A stretch of 48,819 nucleotides of DNA from Patescibacteria group bacterium UBA2773 (lineage in GTDB: Bacteria; Patescibacteriota; Minisyncoccia; Moranbacterales; DUUL01): the NCBI GenBank assembly GCA_002352465.1, contig DEIN01000002.1, positions 1 to 48,819 of the forward strand, read 5' to 3'. Every line of letters begins with the position of its first letter. Position 1 is the stretch's first letter. Positions 47,566 through 48,819 of the stretch are shown piece by piece. The notes under the pieces were generated by a model. The model did not search any database and was not told the DNA's origin. It saw only the letters and a list, made by a program, of their open reading frames with translations. The position numbers and the translations under genes are program-made.

Positions 47566-48819
47566 ATGTTTACGTTCAAAAAAGGCATTTTCATTTTCTC
47601 AATTTTCATGTTTTGTCTAAGTGCATCTTTGGCAATTTCAAGCGACTATACGTCAGAGGAGCAATTGATATATGACAGTCTATATCTTAATCTTCCTTGG
47701 GATGCGGGAATGGTGGAACCTTTAACACAAGAAAACAGAAACGACTGCACTGATACGTTTTGTACTCATAAAACAAGTTCTGTCGATGAATACGCTCTTG
47801 ATTTTGGACTTCCAACAGGAACTCCCGTCAGAGCCGCCACTTCTGGTGTGGCATATTTTTATTCAGAGATAACTTCTGTTTCACCTGGAGAATGGATACC
47901 ACCAGGATTTTACTATGGAAATCACGTCAAAATCGATCATGGTCATTTTTATACTCTCTATGCTCATCTGGATGTTGTCGAAAATTGGGTGGATGGATGT
48001 GAAGTTAAACAAGGAGAAGTAATCGGGTTATCCGGTTCCAGCGGAAACGGCTCAGGTCCGCATCTTCATTTTGGTTTATATAAGGGTTATGCTTGGCTTA
48101 ATAAATTTGACGATTCAGTAGAAAGTCGAATAGTTATTGGGCATATTGGAGCAGGACCATATAAGCTAAAGAAAAGTACTGATTTTAAAATGGATAACTA
48201 TATATCTACTAATTTTGAAGATATACGAGGGATGATTGTTTCAGGAGAAGATGGTCTTTGTGTTAATTATGCGGGAGGAGTTTCGATAAATGATCCCAGC
48301 GACGAAGACCCCGTCACCATCAACCCCCACACCCACTCCACCGACATCCACATCACTCACTGCAAAATCCGACCTTACAAGGAAGGCTCTTGGCATGAAG
48401 ATGTTGATGTTGATATGGCCGCTGGACAAACTTTTGACATTGAAATGGAGGTTAGAATTGAAAACAGGTCCAATCATGATCTTGAAGACATCGACGTTGA
48501 TTATCTGGTAGTCAAAGACAAAAAAGATTTTAACCCAGATAAAAGATATCGATTGGAGGATGAAGACGCTGATATTGATGAAGGAGAGAAAGATAATAAA
48601 CACTCTGGAAGAATCAGAATCTCTATTAGTGAAGATCTAAAAACCATTACTGTCTCAGGCAAACATTCTTTTACTTTTTTAATAACCGAACAAAATCTTT
48701 GGGAGAAAGAAATTACTCTCTATTTTTATACCGACATTGAAACTGAAAACGGAAAAGACCGTGATCTTTCAGATGAATTCGATAGTAGCGAACGAGGAAA
48801 ACTGGAGATTCATCTCAAT
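47566..48819 (+). CDS. Secreted M23 family metallopeptidase, runs off the window end
   Basis: AAGGAGG RBS, signal peptide, YALDF...GTPVRAA, YGNHV.IDHG, TLYAHL, GPHLHF; open to 48819. Confidence 0.88.
   Translation, partial: MFTFKKGIFIFSIFMFCLSASLAISSDYTSEEQLIYDSLYLNLPWDAGMVEPLTQENRNDCTDTFCTHKTSSVDEYALDFGLPTGTPVRAATSGVAYFYSEITSVSPGEWIPPGFYYGNHVKIDHGHFYTLYAHLDVVENWVDGCEVKQGEVIGLSGSSGNGSGPHLHFGLYKGYAWLNKFDDSVESRIVIGHIGAGPYKLKKSTDFKMDNYISTNFEDIRGMIVSGEDGLCVNYAGGVSINDPSDEDPVTINPHTHSTDIHITHCKIRPYKEGSWHEDVDVDMAAGQTFDIEMEVRIENRSNHDLEDIDVDYLVVKDKKDFNPDKRYRLEDEDADIDEGEKDNKHSGRIRISISEDLKTITVSGKHSFTFLITEQNLWEKEITLYFYTDIETENGKDRDLSDEFDSSERGKLEIHLN

Noticed and set aside
48241-48603. Alternate-frame ORFs 48241-48603 (-) and 48290-48511 (+, PT-rich)
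   Set aside because: Overlap the open M23 frame that runs to the window end; probably by-products of the C-rich linker.

Overview
AT-rich bacterial chromosome segment. Gene content points to Patescibacteria/CPR, probably Parcubacteria (inference). It opens with the 3' end of 23S rRNA carrying an ORF-less group I intron at the E. coli 2593-equivalent site, then 5S rRNA, secE-nusG-rplK and tRNA-Trp. Next come a NifB/NifX x2 + ferredoxin-MinD ATPase x2 + CDF cluster, a VirD4/HerA-like ATPase with a Cys-rich pilin, housekeeping genes (map, ruvX, galT, tpiA, fba, rplA, rpmG, pheST, rnhB, U32, rmlA, galU, glyS) and a type IV pilus cluster. The main observations are non-coding. (1) An integron-like array (28.7-33.2 kb) of divergent cassettes lies next to a decayed tyrosine recombinase; cassettes are separated by attC-like sites and each is bracketed by its own long inverted repeat. 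(2) A ~150-bp palindromic element occurs in six complete copies, most with a central GNA-triloop hairpin; one copy still holds half of a four-helix-bundle gene. (3) A glycine T-box with an ultrashort Stem I precedes glyS. (4) A palindromic DNA insertion is translated in frame inside the U32 gene. All calls are by eye; no searches were run.
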